Under the pieces are notes generated by a model, which did not search any database, had not been told where the DNA came from, and worked only from the letters and a program-made list of their open reading frames with translations. DNA of 63,648 nt, counting the filler, from Collodictyon triciliatum (lineage: Eukaryota), in NCBI GenBank assembly GCA_043381765.1. It is 4 parts of 4 records of this genome, joined end to end, with 100 filler letters (N's around TTAATTAATTAA, not from the genome) between each part and the next. Parts side by side here need not be neighbours in the genome. Positions count along the whole stretch, not along the records: positions 39,627 to 55,259 come from JBHJMP010000105.1; positions 55,360 to 63,648 come from JBHJMP010000109.1; 2 more parts are not named here. The stretch is one strand, 5' to 3'. Each line of letters opens with the position of its first letter. Position 1 is the first letter of the stretch. Made by a program: the position numbers and the translations under genes. Shown here one piece after another: positions 51,220-63,648 of this stretch.

Positions 51220-53100
51220 AATCTTTAGGTAGAATAAATAAAAAACGAAACAAAAAAGACAAAAAACTGAGATACAACGGTTTAATTCTGAATTAGTCAG
51301 TATTCCCAAATGCATCAGATTGTGAACAGTTTACAAAGCACAACAAACTGTTCATATAAATAGTCCTATGTAAATCGCTATTTAATCAAATGAAAGGGCA
51401 GATTTTACTTGTTTCTCCTATTTTTCTATTGGAGGCGCCCGCACGCATGATATCGAACACATCCTTTTCGCAGCTTGCATATACTTCCGTAGCTCCATCA
51501 ACCCAAATACCTCGCTCTTTTTCTTCCCTAACTTGTAAGTTTGCCTTTGTGTCTGCATAAGAAAATGTAGTTTGTACGTTGGCGAGGGCAGTGACAGAAG
51601 TGTATGATGTCCTTTTTCAAGAAAATAATCAGAGACGAGAAAACAAATGGACAGATATTTGTTCTCTCCGATGACTGAAAAGAAACTGAGAAGAATGGGA
51701 ATGCGGTGTGTAGGGCGGTACTTGACATACGGTCAAGAAGGTCTCGGATCTTTTCCTGGTAGATTTCCAGATAGCTCACTTTCACAGTAAACTCGATGTT
51801 TGAATCAGCACCGGAAACCCCGTCAAAGATTGTCTTGACCATCCGAGGAATGACCCCGCGGTTGGTGATGTCGTCTATGCCCGGCCCTTCCATGGTGTGT
51901 GTCTTGCCGCTGGACGTCTGGCCGTAGGCAAAGACGGTTCCGTTGTACCCTTTGAGGACATCTGCGAAGAAGGGTTAGCTTTCCAAAAATATGACGGGCG
52001 GCTCCCATCCATCAAGCGACCAATATGTGGCGTGGAGTGGGGTTGGCAAGTAGAATACATTTGCATAGGACTCAAATAAATTAGATAGGATGTATAAAAG
52101 GAAATCGTATGTATGTCATAGAGTCAGTAGTTCAGTATAGTGGGCATCTAGGATGTAATTTTCCTGGGTGAACTCTCCGGGAGAAAAGAAGGGAAGAATG
52201 GCTCCACAAAAGAGAGTGTGTTGAAGGAATGACATCATAAATGTTGATTGGATTATTCTTATTCTTATTTGGCATTTTTCTCTGTGTTCTCAACAACCAA
52301 ATGAAAATGAAAATGAAAATGAAAATGAAAATGAAAATGAAAATGAAAATGAAAATGAAAATGAAAATGAAAATGAAAATGAAAATGAAAATGTAAAGCG
52401 AGGTTGCGTCAAATAAGCCCATGCTGTCGGCATTCAGGGGCCGTCTCGCTGTTTACAAGGAAGAGACAGCAATCATAAGGGTGGGTCTATTTTTAAGAAA
52501 ACGGATTACCCTCGACGATAGGCCTGGCTGCATAGTCGTATATCTCAGCCTGTGATGTTGTGGGAGGAAAGACTCTATCGAAGGTAAACTTCATGTTTGT
52601 GTCGCTGCCCTGAAAAAAATCACTTTTTTGTTACATTTGCTCATTGGATTGTCACGGAAGGGGAAAGATCATAGATATATTTCTAGATTCTGCACATGAA
52701 TGTCCATGACGGACTCTACAGAATCCAAAGATGTATAATTTTATGAATAGGATACAATGATTATTGTTAGAATGAACTCGCCTTAATGGCGACAGTTGCA
52801 ATGTCCGGGAAGTCAACAACAACCTTTGCTCCTTTGCTGTCTTCAATCTGGGCAGTGAGAAAAAAAGGGGAAAGAGTGCAGCGAGAAGGGGCGAGTGTTT
52901 GTGCGTGTTTGCGTCAGATCTCCTGGCAAGAGCTTTAATTTAAAAAGAGAGAGAAAAGAGGGAGAAAAAGAGGGAGAAAAAGAGAGAGAAAAAGAGAGAG
53001 AAAAAGAGAGAGAAAAAGAGAGAGAAAAAGATCTTTTAAAGCATAGAACCTTGTTTTGGGGACGGAATCTGCATACAACGCGAATGGAAGCGTCTGCCAT
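46420..53100 (-). CDS. KIF5: Kinesin-1 heavy chain
   Basis: [67 protein letters not shown]; coiled-coil stalk; tail [12 protein letters not shown] (IAK motif). Confidence 0.96.
52300..52393. repeat. (GAAAAT)n intronic microsatellite
   Basis: Visible tandem repeat. Confidence 0.9.
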
Positions 53101-53172
53101 GACGCTTTTTGTCCCTTCTTTTCTGCGGAGATGTGTTTTGCAGTGTTTGTTATGTTTGTTACGGTCCCGTCC

Positions 53173-53173
<1 letters not shown>

Positions 53174-53249
<76 letters not shown>
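53174..53249. repeat. (GT)n microsatellite upstream of the kinesin ATG
   Basis: Visible dinucleotide repeat. Confidence 0.95.
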
Positions 53250-53253
<4 letters not shown>

Positions 53254-53461
53254 TTTGTTTTATTGCTGAGGATCGAAAAGTCAAGGAAGGCTCGGCGGGT
53301 CTCTGTTTCTTCACAACCCAACCAAACGTGAGACACCAAACAAGCCGACGAGCGAATGACAGCGCGATGGAGGGAATGACAGGGCCAAAGGAGATATTGC
53401 CGTGATATGCAGGGGTTTGGCCTTTGGGCGGCGGATGAGAGCACGGAAACACACAGGAAAT

Positions 53462-53563
53462 GATGAGATGAGATGAGATGAGATGAGATGAGATGAGATG
53501 AGATGAGATGAGATGAGATGAGACGAGATGAGATGAGTTGAGACGAGTTGAGATGAGACGAGA
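53462..53563. repeat. (GAGAT)n microsatellite
   Basis: Visible pentanucleotide repeat. Confidence 0.9.
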
Positions 53564-53613
53564 TGGCTCTTGACGAGATAAGTTTCGACAGGATGCAGAG
53601 CCGCCCTGAGTCC

Positions 53614-54911
53614 CTAGTTGGTGTCTCCGTGCATCCACTCCTTCATGGGCTTGGTGAAATTTGAGTCTCGGCCGTAAGGATTTTGCCCAGAGCGAGCAGT
53701 GTGGTAAAACTCCACAGACTCCGTGCTGTAGACAGTGACTGGGTCACCTGCGAGCTGGATTTTCAAGGACAAGCCAGAACATAAACATATTGTTAGACAT
53801 CGATGGAAGCAACCAATCAGTGTATATGCACGTAAAATCTCAACAAAGGTGATGCCATTATCGCGCACGACTTGCCTGTGCTGCGCGAGACGGGTCGACG
53901 CCGGACGCATAGGACTCGTTCTCTGTTTACATTGGCAACATGAAAATTTTAATTGTTAAATGCTCCACAGGGTTAATCACCAAGCGGGGATGGATATGCG
54001 TTACTCGGACGGAGAAATATAACATGCACAAGATGAAAGGACTGGAAAATGTATTTTTTTAACTTTTTTTTTTTTTTTTTACCTTTGAAGCCGACTGGGC
54101 CTTTGTAGTCGGAGTGTGTGGTCGACTTCCAATCTGCCGCACCACTCGTGCCTTCCACGAATCTATGAGAGAGTGTAAGTCTGTGTATGGTAATCTGACG
54201 TGGTTAGTGGCTTTCCACATAATCGAGTTTGAAATAGGAGGGAATGAAATAAAGTCATGAAGGCTGTGATATAATTTGAATAGTTTCTTGAGAATGAAAA
54301 AAATTATGAGGGCAATGACCCGGATAAGAAAAAGAAAAAGAAAAAGAAAAAGAAAAAGAAAAAGAAAAAGAAAAAGAAAAAGAAAAAGAAAAAGAAAAAG
54401 AAAAAGAAAAAGAAAAAGAAAAAGACAAGACAAGAAGACAAAAAGAAAAAGAAAAAAGAAGAAAGAAAAAAGAAGACTAGAAGACAAGAAGACAAGAAGA
54501 CAAAAAGACAAGAAGAATAAGGAGAAAAGGAGAAAAAGGAGAAAGGAGAAAAAAAAGGAGAAAAAGGAGAAAAAGGAGAAAAAGGAGAAAAAGGAAAATA
54601 AAGAACAAGAGAAAGTGGGTAGTATATTAACACGGTATGACCTCGCCTGCTCTCGCACAACAGCCTCCATTGCCGCTTCGCGGACTCCTTTTGAGGGCTG
54701 TGGGCCTGTTGTTGCAGAGCCGTATGTTTGGTTTGATGTTTCAAACTTGTACTGGACCTGCGTAGTAGCATCCATGTCTCTTAGTCTGGGAGCAAATGCT
54801 ATGTTCGCATGGCAGAGAAGTGCTTACCGACTGCTCTGCAACGATGTAGTTTGTGTCTCGGGCATCGGGCTTTGGGTGGGAGCGCACATACTTCTCCCCG
54901 TCTTTCCAGCC
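53614..54911 (-). CDS. Putative SPAG8-like axonemal protein (5' end uncertain)
   Basis: Exons ..FETSNQTYGS..GVREAAME..|..WKSTTHSDYK..|..GDPVTVYS..PYGRDSNFTKPMKEW..*. The STT..DY motif and C-terminal (F/Y)G+.S.F(S/T).P pattern recall SPAG8 (from memory). Confidence 0.5.
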
Positions 54912-55163
54912 CTAGTATAGCAGAATGCGCAGGGTGAGAGGCTGCGTAGCTTAGATGCTAGAAAACAATAAATGGATATCATTCTATCCTATGGGAAGTG
55001 GGAGAAAAAAGCGTGCCATTATTCAAGAAAATCAGAATGGAAAAGAGAGAAATACAAAGGAAAAGAAAGTAGACATTAATGAAAGGTAAGCGAATTCCGG
55101 TTTAGAGGGGTAAAAGGGTGTGATGAAAGACAGGGCGCACCAAATAGAATAAAAATATGGAGT

Positions 55164-55165
<2 letters not shown>

Positions 55166-55259
<94 letters not shown>

Positions 55260-55359
55260 NNNNNNNNNNNNNNNNNNNNNNNNNNNNNNNNNNNNNNNNN
55301 NNNTTAATTAATTAANNNNNNNNNNNNNNNNNNNNNNNNNNNNNNNNNNNNNNNNNNNN
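55166..55359. other. (AAT)n microsatellite followed by artificial contig linker
   Basis: TTAATTAATTAA at 55304-55315 inside Ns. Confidence 0.95.
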
Positions 55360-55908
55360 AAGCTGCATGAAGATTATTACCACAACCATATCGACACCAT
55401 GCAAGCGCATCATCCTCGTTGATATCGTCTTGGCAGATAGGACTAATATATGTGAACTAAGATCCATGTATTCAAAAAAACAAAAACAAAAACAAAAACA
55501 AAAACAAAAACAAAAACAAAAACAAAAACAAAAACAAAAACAAAAACAAAAACAAAAACAAAAACGAAAAAAAAAGAATACGTATCGTAAAATTCTCAGA
55601 TGATAGCACAGTAAAAGCATAATCCGTAATAATAGTGTGCGTAATATTGAAAAGGGTTATACATGATTAATTTCTGACGCATACAAATGTTTGGCGTTCA
55701 TTTCATGTATGTTATGCAACGAGAATCCTATACATATAGTGGCATTATACTTACCAAACATCCTCTGCATCTAGTTTTCTACGTTCCACCAGGAGCCTCT
55801 CCTTTGGGTCCACAACAGGAGCAGGCTTCTTGGTTTGTTCTTGGACGATTCGACGCTACGATTATTAGTCAAGTAGTCAAATGATAAGTATGTCATGATT
55901 TACTATTA

Positions 55909-55986
<78 letters not shown>

Positions 55987-56778
55987 ATTCGACATAGAAA
56001 CATCACACGTACAGATCGCCCGCGTATAATTTCTGTGATTTCATTGTCAATCAGGGATATCTGCCAGACTAGAGGATTCTCCGGTGGCACTCGGAATATT
56101 TTCATCAATACAAAAAGCTATGAAAGAACAGTATAAAAAATAAACAAAAATATTCACGTTGCTTTCCAAAGCTCATTTTTGCTGATTATCAACCAAATGA
56201 TAAAGTAGCGTGCATGTGATAAGCACAAAAATCAAATAATAATATGTTTACACCGAGTTATTAAAAAAAAATCTTATATAAAGAAACCAATTTAAATCCA
56301 ATAAAAGAAACCATGTGCAGGCACAAATGGCGGCCATCGTTGCAGGAGCAGTAATGCCTATCGCCAATGGACACGCGGTATTTGCGCTCTCCTTGATCGC
56401 CCTTCAAAACAAAACTCGTGGGCCCACTCTCCTGGACAAGATAAAGCCGAGCCTCTCGTACCAGCTCGATTAGCCGCTTTATTTCCTACAGGAATGTGAC
56501 ATGAGTTTTCAAAAACTAAAGCACGATCGAGCACTGGAGTGAGCGAGAAAAAAAGAGAGAAGAGAGAGAAAAAAGAGAGAGAAAAAAGAGAGAGAAAAAA
56601 GAGAGAGAAAAAAGAGAGAGAAAAAAGAGAGAGAAAAAAGAGAGAGAAAAAAGAGAGAGAAAAAAAAGAAAAAAAAAAGAAAAAAAAGAAAAAAGAAAAA
56701 AAAAAGAAAAAGAAAAAAAGAAAAAAAAGAAAAAATTACTTCGGAGGGTTTCGACACGTAGGGCGCGGACCTTTGCAT
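55360..56778 (-). CDS. ZSWIM2: ZSWIM2/MEX-like E3 ligase (SWIM + RING), 3' truncated
   Basis: ARLYLVQESGPTSFVLK..YRVSIGDRHYCSC..LCLHM|LFVLMKIFRVPPENPLVWQ..|EDVC|PICQDD..LAWCRYGCGNNLHAA. Confidence 0.88.
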
Positions 56779-57138
56779 CGAGGGTGGGAGAGCCTGGGCC
56801 ACGATGATTAGAATGTAAGTTCACTCTTTACCATTCTCTCGCGCGTTGAGTCTACACAGCTTTTCTGTGCACAGGGCAGGGGAAGATCTTTTGTTTGATC
56901 AACGCAAAGCGGCCGATATCCTAGTTACTGATGCTAAATTCGGTATGATAGACCAGTGTCGCCATCACCGCATCCTTTTCTTTTTTTGGGTTGGGTCGCA
57001 GGCAACGAGTGTTCGTATTTTTTTTATGGTATTAATATGATAATGAAGTAAGAGCAGGCCTTCAGATATGTGCGCGAATGCCGCATACTCTCCCTAATAT
57101 TAGCCAGCAGGCAATGATTTCCTATCCCTTATGTTCTG

Positions 57139-57616
57139 TCATGTACTCTTGCGACCTTTCAGATAGATTCGTTTGTTTGTTGGGCGACCACGGGGATTCC
57201 CAACCGCGACGCTTTCTACTTCGCTTTCCTCCTTTTCTGGTTCTTCCTCAATCTCCGGCTCTCCGTCATAATGAGCTGTTCGTAGATTAATTATGGGTTT
57301 GTCATAAACTCGTCTGTACTGGTGTATTTTTTTGAATTAGTCCATTTCTTGAAGAAAAAATAAAATTTCAAAACAGGATAAAGACAAGAAAGAGAAGAGT
57401 AAATAAGAAAGAAACCAAGGCGATAATAATAATGATAATAATAATAATAATAAATAAGGAAGGAAGGAACGAAGGAGATGGAGCATGACTAAGGAAAGTA
57501 TTTAGATAATAAAACCACCAGAAGAATTTTGGGGCGTGTTGTGCTCAGATTTTGACTTCTTCATGGGTGTCTCCGTGCGTACCTTGCCAACAAAATAATC
57601 TTCTATCTAATTCACG

Positions 57617-57663
<47 letters not shown>

Positions 57664-60600
57664 AAAAAAAAAAAAAAAAAAAAAAAAANNNNNNNNNNNN
57701 NNNNNNNNNNNNNNNNNNNNNNNNNNNNNNNNNNNNNNNNNNNNNNNNNNNNNNNNNNNNNNNNNNNNNNNNNNNNNNNNNNNNNNNNCAAAGAACAAAG
57801 AACAAAGAACAAAGAACAAAGAACAAAGAACAAAGAACAAAGAACAAAGAACAAAGAACAAAAAAAAAAAATACGTTGAGGAAAAACAAATAATAATGAG
57901 CAGTTTGAAAACAAACAAAAAAAGCAGTTTGGTTATAACAAGTATGATCTGTTTACTGGAAAAGGTCCAGTGCTTGTCATTTTTTGTATCTTTCTATGAA
58001 AGAAACCTTTCAATACCGACTTTCATACGAACTTAATAGGATGATTGTGTATCCTTACACTTTACAGCGAGATGCTTACAGGAAGTTTCGTATATGTACC
58101 TGAAAAAGTGTCCTTGGTGAGCCGGTTAGACTTGCAAGCACAGCTTTCCTTATATCAGTGGATTGTGCCGGTCTTCCTCTATGCTTCATGCCCCAATACT
58201 CCTAATATTTCGCGGTTGGTTGGTCAATTCCAAGTATATCATAAACAGCAATATAAATATTCATATATTCTGTCTGTTTTCTTCTTCATTATCATTTTTT
58301 CCCTTTATTCGATTCAAAGTTCTTCATCATCTTAATTTCAAAGGAAAACTAAAAATGTTAAAATAGAAAAAAAAAAGGGATAAATTTCATAGCATTCGCC
58401 TTTCAGCAAACCTGTTGGACTTGCGTCAATAGCTTGTCAGTCTCGACAGACCCATCGTTTTGAGCAATAATACGACCGATTAACTCTACAACCACATGAT
58501 AATCGCCAACATAAAGTTAATGAGAAATTCATGACGCTAGATTCTAATTCAGAAACCATGACTATATAGGAGTATATTGAGGGAAACCTTTGTCCTTGTA
58601 GCATTTGTCTTACCTTGTAGATCGGTAAATCGGTGTTTAGGAGGTGTTTTCTGGTCTAATTCTGATTCCATTATCTGAGATGTAACTTTCGGAGACGGCA
58701 ATTCTTTGCGATGCTCGATGTCCTATAATATGCAGGGGGGGGGGGGAAAGAAGGAAGCATGAAATAAAGACTATTTATGTTGAACAATTGGATACTGTCA
58801 TATGCTAATTTATTATATTCAACCATCTTGTCATTTTTCTAGCACTTAAGGTAATTTTTTTTTTTTTCGTAAATGTAACAAACATCTTTGACTTCTTTAG
58901 ATTCCTTGTAATCCACACGCCAAAAGCTTTCCCCAGAACGGAGGATTTGCTATTGTAAGAAGTAAGAGAAAATAAGCAACTCGATACATGAATAGGAACG
59001 AATACTAACCGCAAAACAAAATCATATTATTTCGATAAACGATTGACCCACTACAAATAACCGATGGCTTTGAAGAGCATTTTTTACGGCCTTTTCTCTG
59101 TCCGATTGATACTCCTTGGCAACACATGGGCGTAGGTCACTCCAAGACTATAAAGTTTAATTATTCACATATTTTCGTCCATAAATTAAAGAGGAAGTCA
59201 CTTAAAATTGAATATTCTAAATTGAAAGGAAGAATAAAAAAATTATCTCTACATGTCGAGATAGCAAAAGATCAAAAAGTCAGTTCATTGAGAATTACAG
59301 ATGAAACAGCTTCCATGATTTTGCCGAACTTCATAGGCTCTGAATTCGTCTCTAACACTGCCTTTACAAAATCTGTCATTTATGTAAGAGTTATAAATAA
59401 TAATAAAAAAAATCACTTCAATTAGGTAAGTCACTACATTTGTTTTAATTATGAATTGGCTAGAATTTTACATTGCAAATCAGTCATGTCGTTGTTAAAC
59501 AAAAAGGGAGGTCGGTCATCTTTCTCTTTCAGAAGCTCTTTTTGAATTCTTTGGGCGTATGCATTTCTCTTCAAAGTAAAGGCATTTAAATAATAAAATA
59601 ATAAAGCAACGAAGTTTGTGTTCATAAATTACCAGCTCACTAATTATAAGCAAGTAAAAAAATAAAATAATAATAAAAATGAAAGAGCTACCCCTCTCGA
59701 AGTAATAGACCAAATCGACTCATCATCGCTATCTCTCTAGTGTGGTAGATAATCACAATTTTACTAATGAAGCAACTCAAGCTGAATGAGAGAATTTGCT
59801 TTACAATTTGGTCAACTCAGTAACATACGATAAAAAACGGCAACGCTGTATTGGTATTCAACGTAGCAGAAAGAGCTCTTTTGACATCATTTGTATACGG
59901 GTCTCCGTTTCTCTTCCTCAAAAATTTGATGTTCTGCAAAAAGAACCAGGCATATGTTATGATCATATAATATAAATATAGAAATAACAATAACAATAAC
60001 AATAACAATAACAATAACAATAACAATAACAATAACAATAACAATATCTTAGGGATATGGAAGAAAAGAAAGAGAAAAATAATAGGGAGAGGAGAAATCT
60101 ATTTGATAAGATTTACATACTTTAGAGGCTTGTTCCACAAGCACCTTGTCGGCACTTGATCCATTTGATTCAATTAGTGTCCTAGCAACGAGGGCTTCGG
60201 ATTTGAAGATTTTTTTTTTATAAAATAAATAGTAAAATCAGAAAAGAGGCAGCAAATACTCAAAATATTGTAGAAAAATGCAAACTTAACAAAGATTGAA
60301 ATTGACTTTCGGACCATTCGATGGATACCTTGTAAATCTGTAATGATATCAAGTGGGTCGATGGCTCGTAACTGGAGGGACCGTTTCATTTCTTTTTGGT
60401 TCATGCTGGCGTGTGATTCCTTCATTGTATAAAGATAGCATCGTATTTAAATCGAACAGAAAGAAAAACATACTCGAATATGCTTTCGAGTTGGCTAAAT
60501 AATGTAAGTTTTAAACTAATAAAAAAAATTAAATGAACATAAAATTTTAAGGATAAAGGAAAACCTCGCTTTTCGACTTATTCAATGAACTTGACCCAGA

Positions 60601-61085
60601 GTCATCAGAGTCATCATCTTTGGGTAATGTCTTTTCTTTTTCGCTGTCATCCTCCTCCTTCATAAGTTGGCCATCTTCATTTTCACTGTCGCTGATGCTT
60701 ACCCCATCACTCTCATCAACATCCTTCCCAGCTTGCTCACTTCCGCTTTCACTTATACTTTCACTTGCACTATTTTCTTCATTTTCACTCGGCTCGCTGT
60801 TATCGTCCGACCCACTAGGAGACTTAGACGAACTTGATTCAGATGACTGGGAAAAACTCACATCGTCCGCCATGGAGTTTCGAGACACTTCACTCGGGTT
60901 TGGGCTCTCGCTGCTGTCATCACTGTCATCATATTCTTCAAGGTCACATTCTTTCGCCAAGAGATATTGCTCTTCGAGTAACTTCTTTTCCTCTACAGAT
61001 ATTGCAGTCGAGCGAAGAACCCATTGGTTTGGGTCTTTAGGGTCAGCCTTCATCGCAAATAAAAATTAATAAACAAATAAACAAA

Positions 61086-61136
<51 letters not shown>

Positions 61137-63375
61137 AAATAAGCCAGCGATTTATCTATCAACCATGTATGATGATATGTATAAAAGCTTTCAACAAACC
61201 CTGAAAGTATTATAACATCTTCTTAGCTTAGCCAGAACTCGTTTTCTAATTTTTAGACTCTATTTAGAATATATTATATGTATAAAAAAATAATCCTATG
61301 GGACGGTATGATATTTTGCTATTAGTGTTACTTTTTCAAAAAGAAAAAGAAAATTTCGCGGGCGTTTACTTGGATATAGAGCTATAGGAACCATCGTCAT
61401 GACTGCGAATCAAATGCCATACCTTTTAGATAAAAATCAAGGGTAGATGAAGCAGTTGGTTTTATATAGAAAGGTACTTCTTTTTTTGTTTTACAATCGA
61501 GTCAAGGGAAAATAACCATGCTTTCATTAACACGATTGAACTAAATGATTCCGATAAAGAATTAGACTTACATGGGATAGCTTCTCTGTGATGAATGCAA
61601 GTGATAAGGGGCGGCGAACATTTTGCATGATATGGATGATAAACGCTGGAGCATATTTTTAAGAAATATTTTTTTTAATATGACATGCATATCATCACGT
61701 ATTTCAATAAATAGTCATTAGAAATGTAATATAATAACAAATGGTGTGAGGATTTCCCAACCTTCAAAGTCATCAATGTTAGTTGGCTCTATTCCTTCAT
61801 CGATAGGTCGCTTTACTTTGCTGATTACGTCGTAAAAAGCAACGGCGTTGTATTGAAAGGTGCATTCCTCTGCTTTTTGGTCCTAATGATTTAATGGTGG
61901 AAACATGATTCATATTCATTTACATATGTAATTGATTATATATTCATTTCTCAAAGTAAACCTTTTCATCATGAACATATATTGGGAGAGAGGATAAAGC
62001 AACAAGTAACTCCTCAGTTTAAGTACAATATTTTAATTTCTAGATCAAAAAGAAATTCAAGAGGAAAAAAAAAAAAGAAGCAAAGTAAATATAGTCTTCA
62101 CATTGTACCGTATTATGTTTTGATGGTGATGGAGGCACCTTTACAGATGCAGTATGAGGCACATGCTTATGGTCAGCTGCGGGAATTAGCTTTGGCTCTT
62201 GCATATAGGTATCAGATAACTCATCTTTTGTGACCAATAGAACGTCCTTAACGATAATATCCTGCTCTAGACTTTTATTCCTAACATCATCGGTATTATC
62301 TATTGTCATTTCTGAAAGTGTTTATTAAGGTTAGGAATCATACGATGTTAAACCATAATCAAGAAGAAAAGAGCGTGAATGTTTTTTTTTTTTTCCACCG
62401 GCATTCATTAAACTTTTGTAATCTGCGCCCACCTTCTTCCACTTTGGACAAAACCAGAGTTTGTACACCCGGCATAGCATCCACTCGGCCCACAAAACCG
62501 TCTGTATTCCCGGATGATTCGTGGGCCACAGCCAACGCCTCACCTTCATGCTCTTTCGGCGTCTCCGTCGATGGCATCCCGCAAACATCCACATCTCTGC
62601 ACAGTCCATCTTCGGCAGAGGCGATTGAAGCATCTTTCGCAGATTCCTTCTCATCGGCATCCTGCTTATCTGCCGGATGTGTATCCTCTGTTTCAGATGT
62701 TGCGTTGTGATCCAGGGAGCCTCTCACACCTTTTTTCCTCCGCGCTGGTCTGGCTTCTCTTGTCCGCTTAGACATGGCCGAATCCGACGCCCTCGAGCTG
62801 CTTGCAGAGGACCTTCTGCGGGTGATGCCTTCGTCCTCCACTTCGGTCTCCCTTTCGCGATCGGATTGCACAGTGTTTGGGCTGCCTTTCATGGCCTTTG
62901 TCTCGCCTCCTTCTGCCTGGGCCGTGTCCATCAGCGCTGCTTTCTCTGCGTCGACTCCTTCGCCAGCTACTTTGCTGACGGCTTTTTTGGCCTCTCTTTG
63001 AGAAAGATCAGCGCCGCTGAGGAGCGAGTCATTAGCAGGAGACGGAGTCGCAGAGTGTTGGGAGTCGGCTGCGCTTTCTGCTGTTTTCTGCCGCTTTGCT
63101 GGGCGTGTTGTGTACGGGAAAGGCAGAGGCTGCCATCGTGGGTTTGGGCCTTGGGCTGAGGAAAGCCGCTGATCGCGCAGAAACGCAGGCGCAAGTGAGG
63201 CTATGATCGGCTCCGAAAGCAGTGCGATGTTGGCTGCCGCACTGGCCGAAGGCGCGGGCGATGTTGAAGACAAAGAGAACGCTGAGTTTGAAGGAGCAGT
63301 TTCTGGGAAGCTTGTGCGGCGTTGGAAGAGCGGCAGTGGAAGTGGGCTGGGACTTGCTGGCGGCTTCACCCGCAT
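57139..63375 (-). CDS. Large low-complexity protein with four tandem ~75-aa helical (winged-helix-like) repeats and a C-terminal AT-hook
   Basis: Long first exon (ORF 62359-63375); repeats start IDDFE, ITDLQ, MTDLQ, FTDLQ; acidic Ser-rich exon ~60565-61050; last exon ..GNPRGRPTNKR..ST*. Confidence 0.7.
58282..58331 (-). mobile_element. Micro-insertion family A with 12-bp TSD (1 mismatch)
   Basis: TTCTTCATTATC / TTCTTCATCATC flank ATTTTTTCCCTTTATTCGATTCAAAG. Confidence 0.75.
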
Positions 63376-63474
63376 TGTCGGGCTGCTTGGCTGCTTGGCG
63401 GTTCTGCGGTGGATTTGGATTGTGTGGCTCAGGTTATGTTCGTAAGATGCTTGTTTTTCTTCGGGGGTTATTGT

Positions 63475-63648
63475 ATTTTATTCTGTTCTTTTGTTCAGTT
63501 CTTTTATTCTGTTCTTTTGTTCAGTTCTTTTGTTCAGTTCTTTTATTCAGTTCTTTTATTCTGTTCTTTTATTCTGTTCTTTTATTCTGTTCTTTTATTC
63601 TGTTCTTTTATTCTGTTCTTTTATTCTGTTCTTTTATTCTGTTCTTTT
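63475..63648. repeat. (TTCTTTTRTTCWG)n 13-mer minisatellite
   Basis: Visible tandem repeat running to the window end. Confidence 0.9.

Noticed and set aside
20739-55315. TTAATTAATTAA palindrome repeated three times
   Set aside because: Always centred in 44+44 Ns; an artificial six-frame-stop linker, not biology.

Overview
Intron-rich eukaryotic (protist-like, probably flagellated) DNA, read with the standard code and mostly GT-AG introns. The window is at least four unrelated contigs joined by artificial N44-TTAATTAATTAA-N44 linkers (20739, 39571, 55304), plus internal N gaps. Genes were spliced by hand: coactosin, a PH-domain protein, a MORN+SH3 protein, RBMX2, a STAND NTPase-TPR protein, IleRS (5' part), a soluble-adenylyl-cyclase-like STAND protein, a non-LTR RT remnant, beta'-COP, a coiled-coil protein, SRF, a WD40 protein, kinesin-1, a SPAG8-like protein, ZSWIM2 and a four-repeat putative DNA-binding protein. 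Most notable: (1) an NLR-like STAND-TPR gene whose TPR array is 16 consecutive phase-2/phase-2 exons, one ~42-aa repeat per exon, ending in a CaaX box; (2) ~21-27-bp A-tailed micro-insertions with 12-19-bp target-site duplications scattered in introns, plus a second family whose tail also follows the LINE remnant; (3) 3' splice sites preceded by poly-A instead of a pyrimidine tract; (4) degenerate catalytic and P-loop motifs in the cyclase. All family assignments come from motif recognition by eye; no database search was run.
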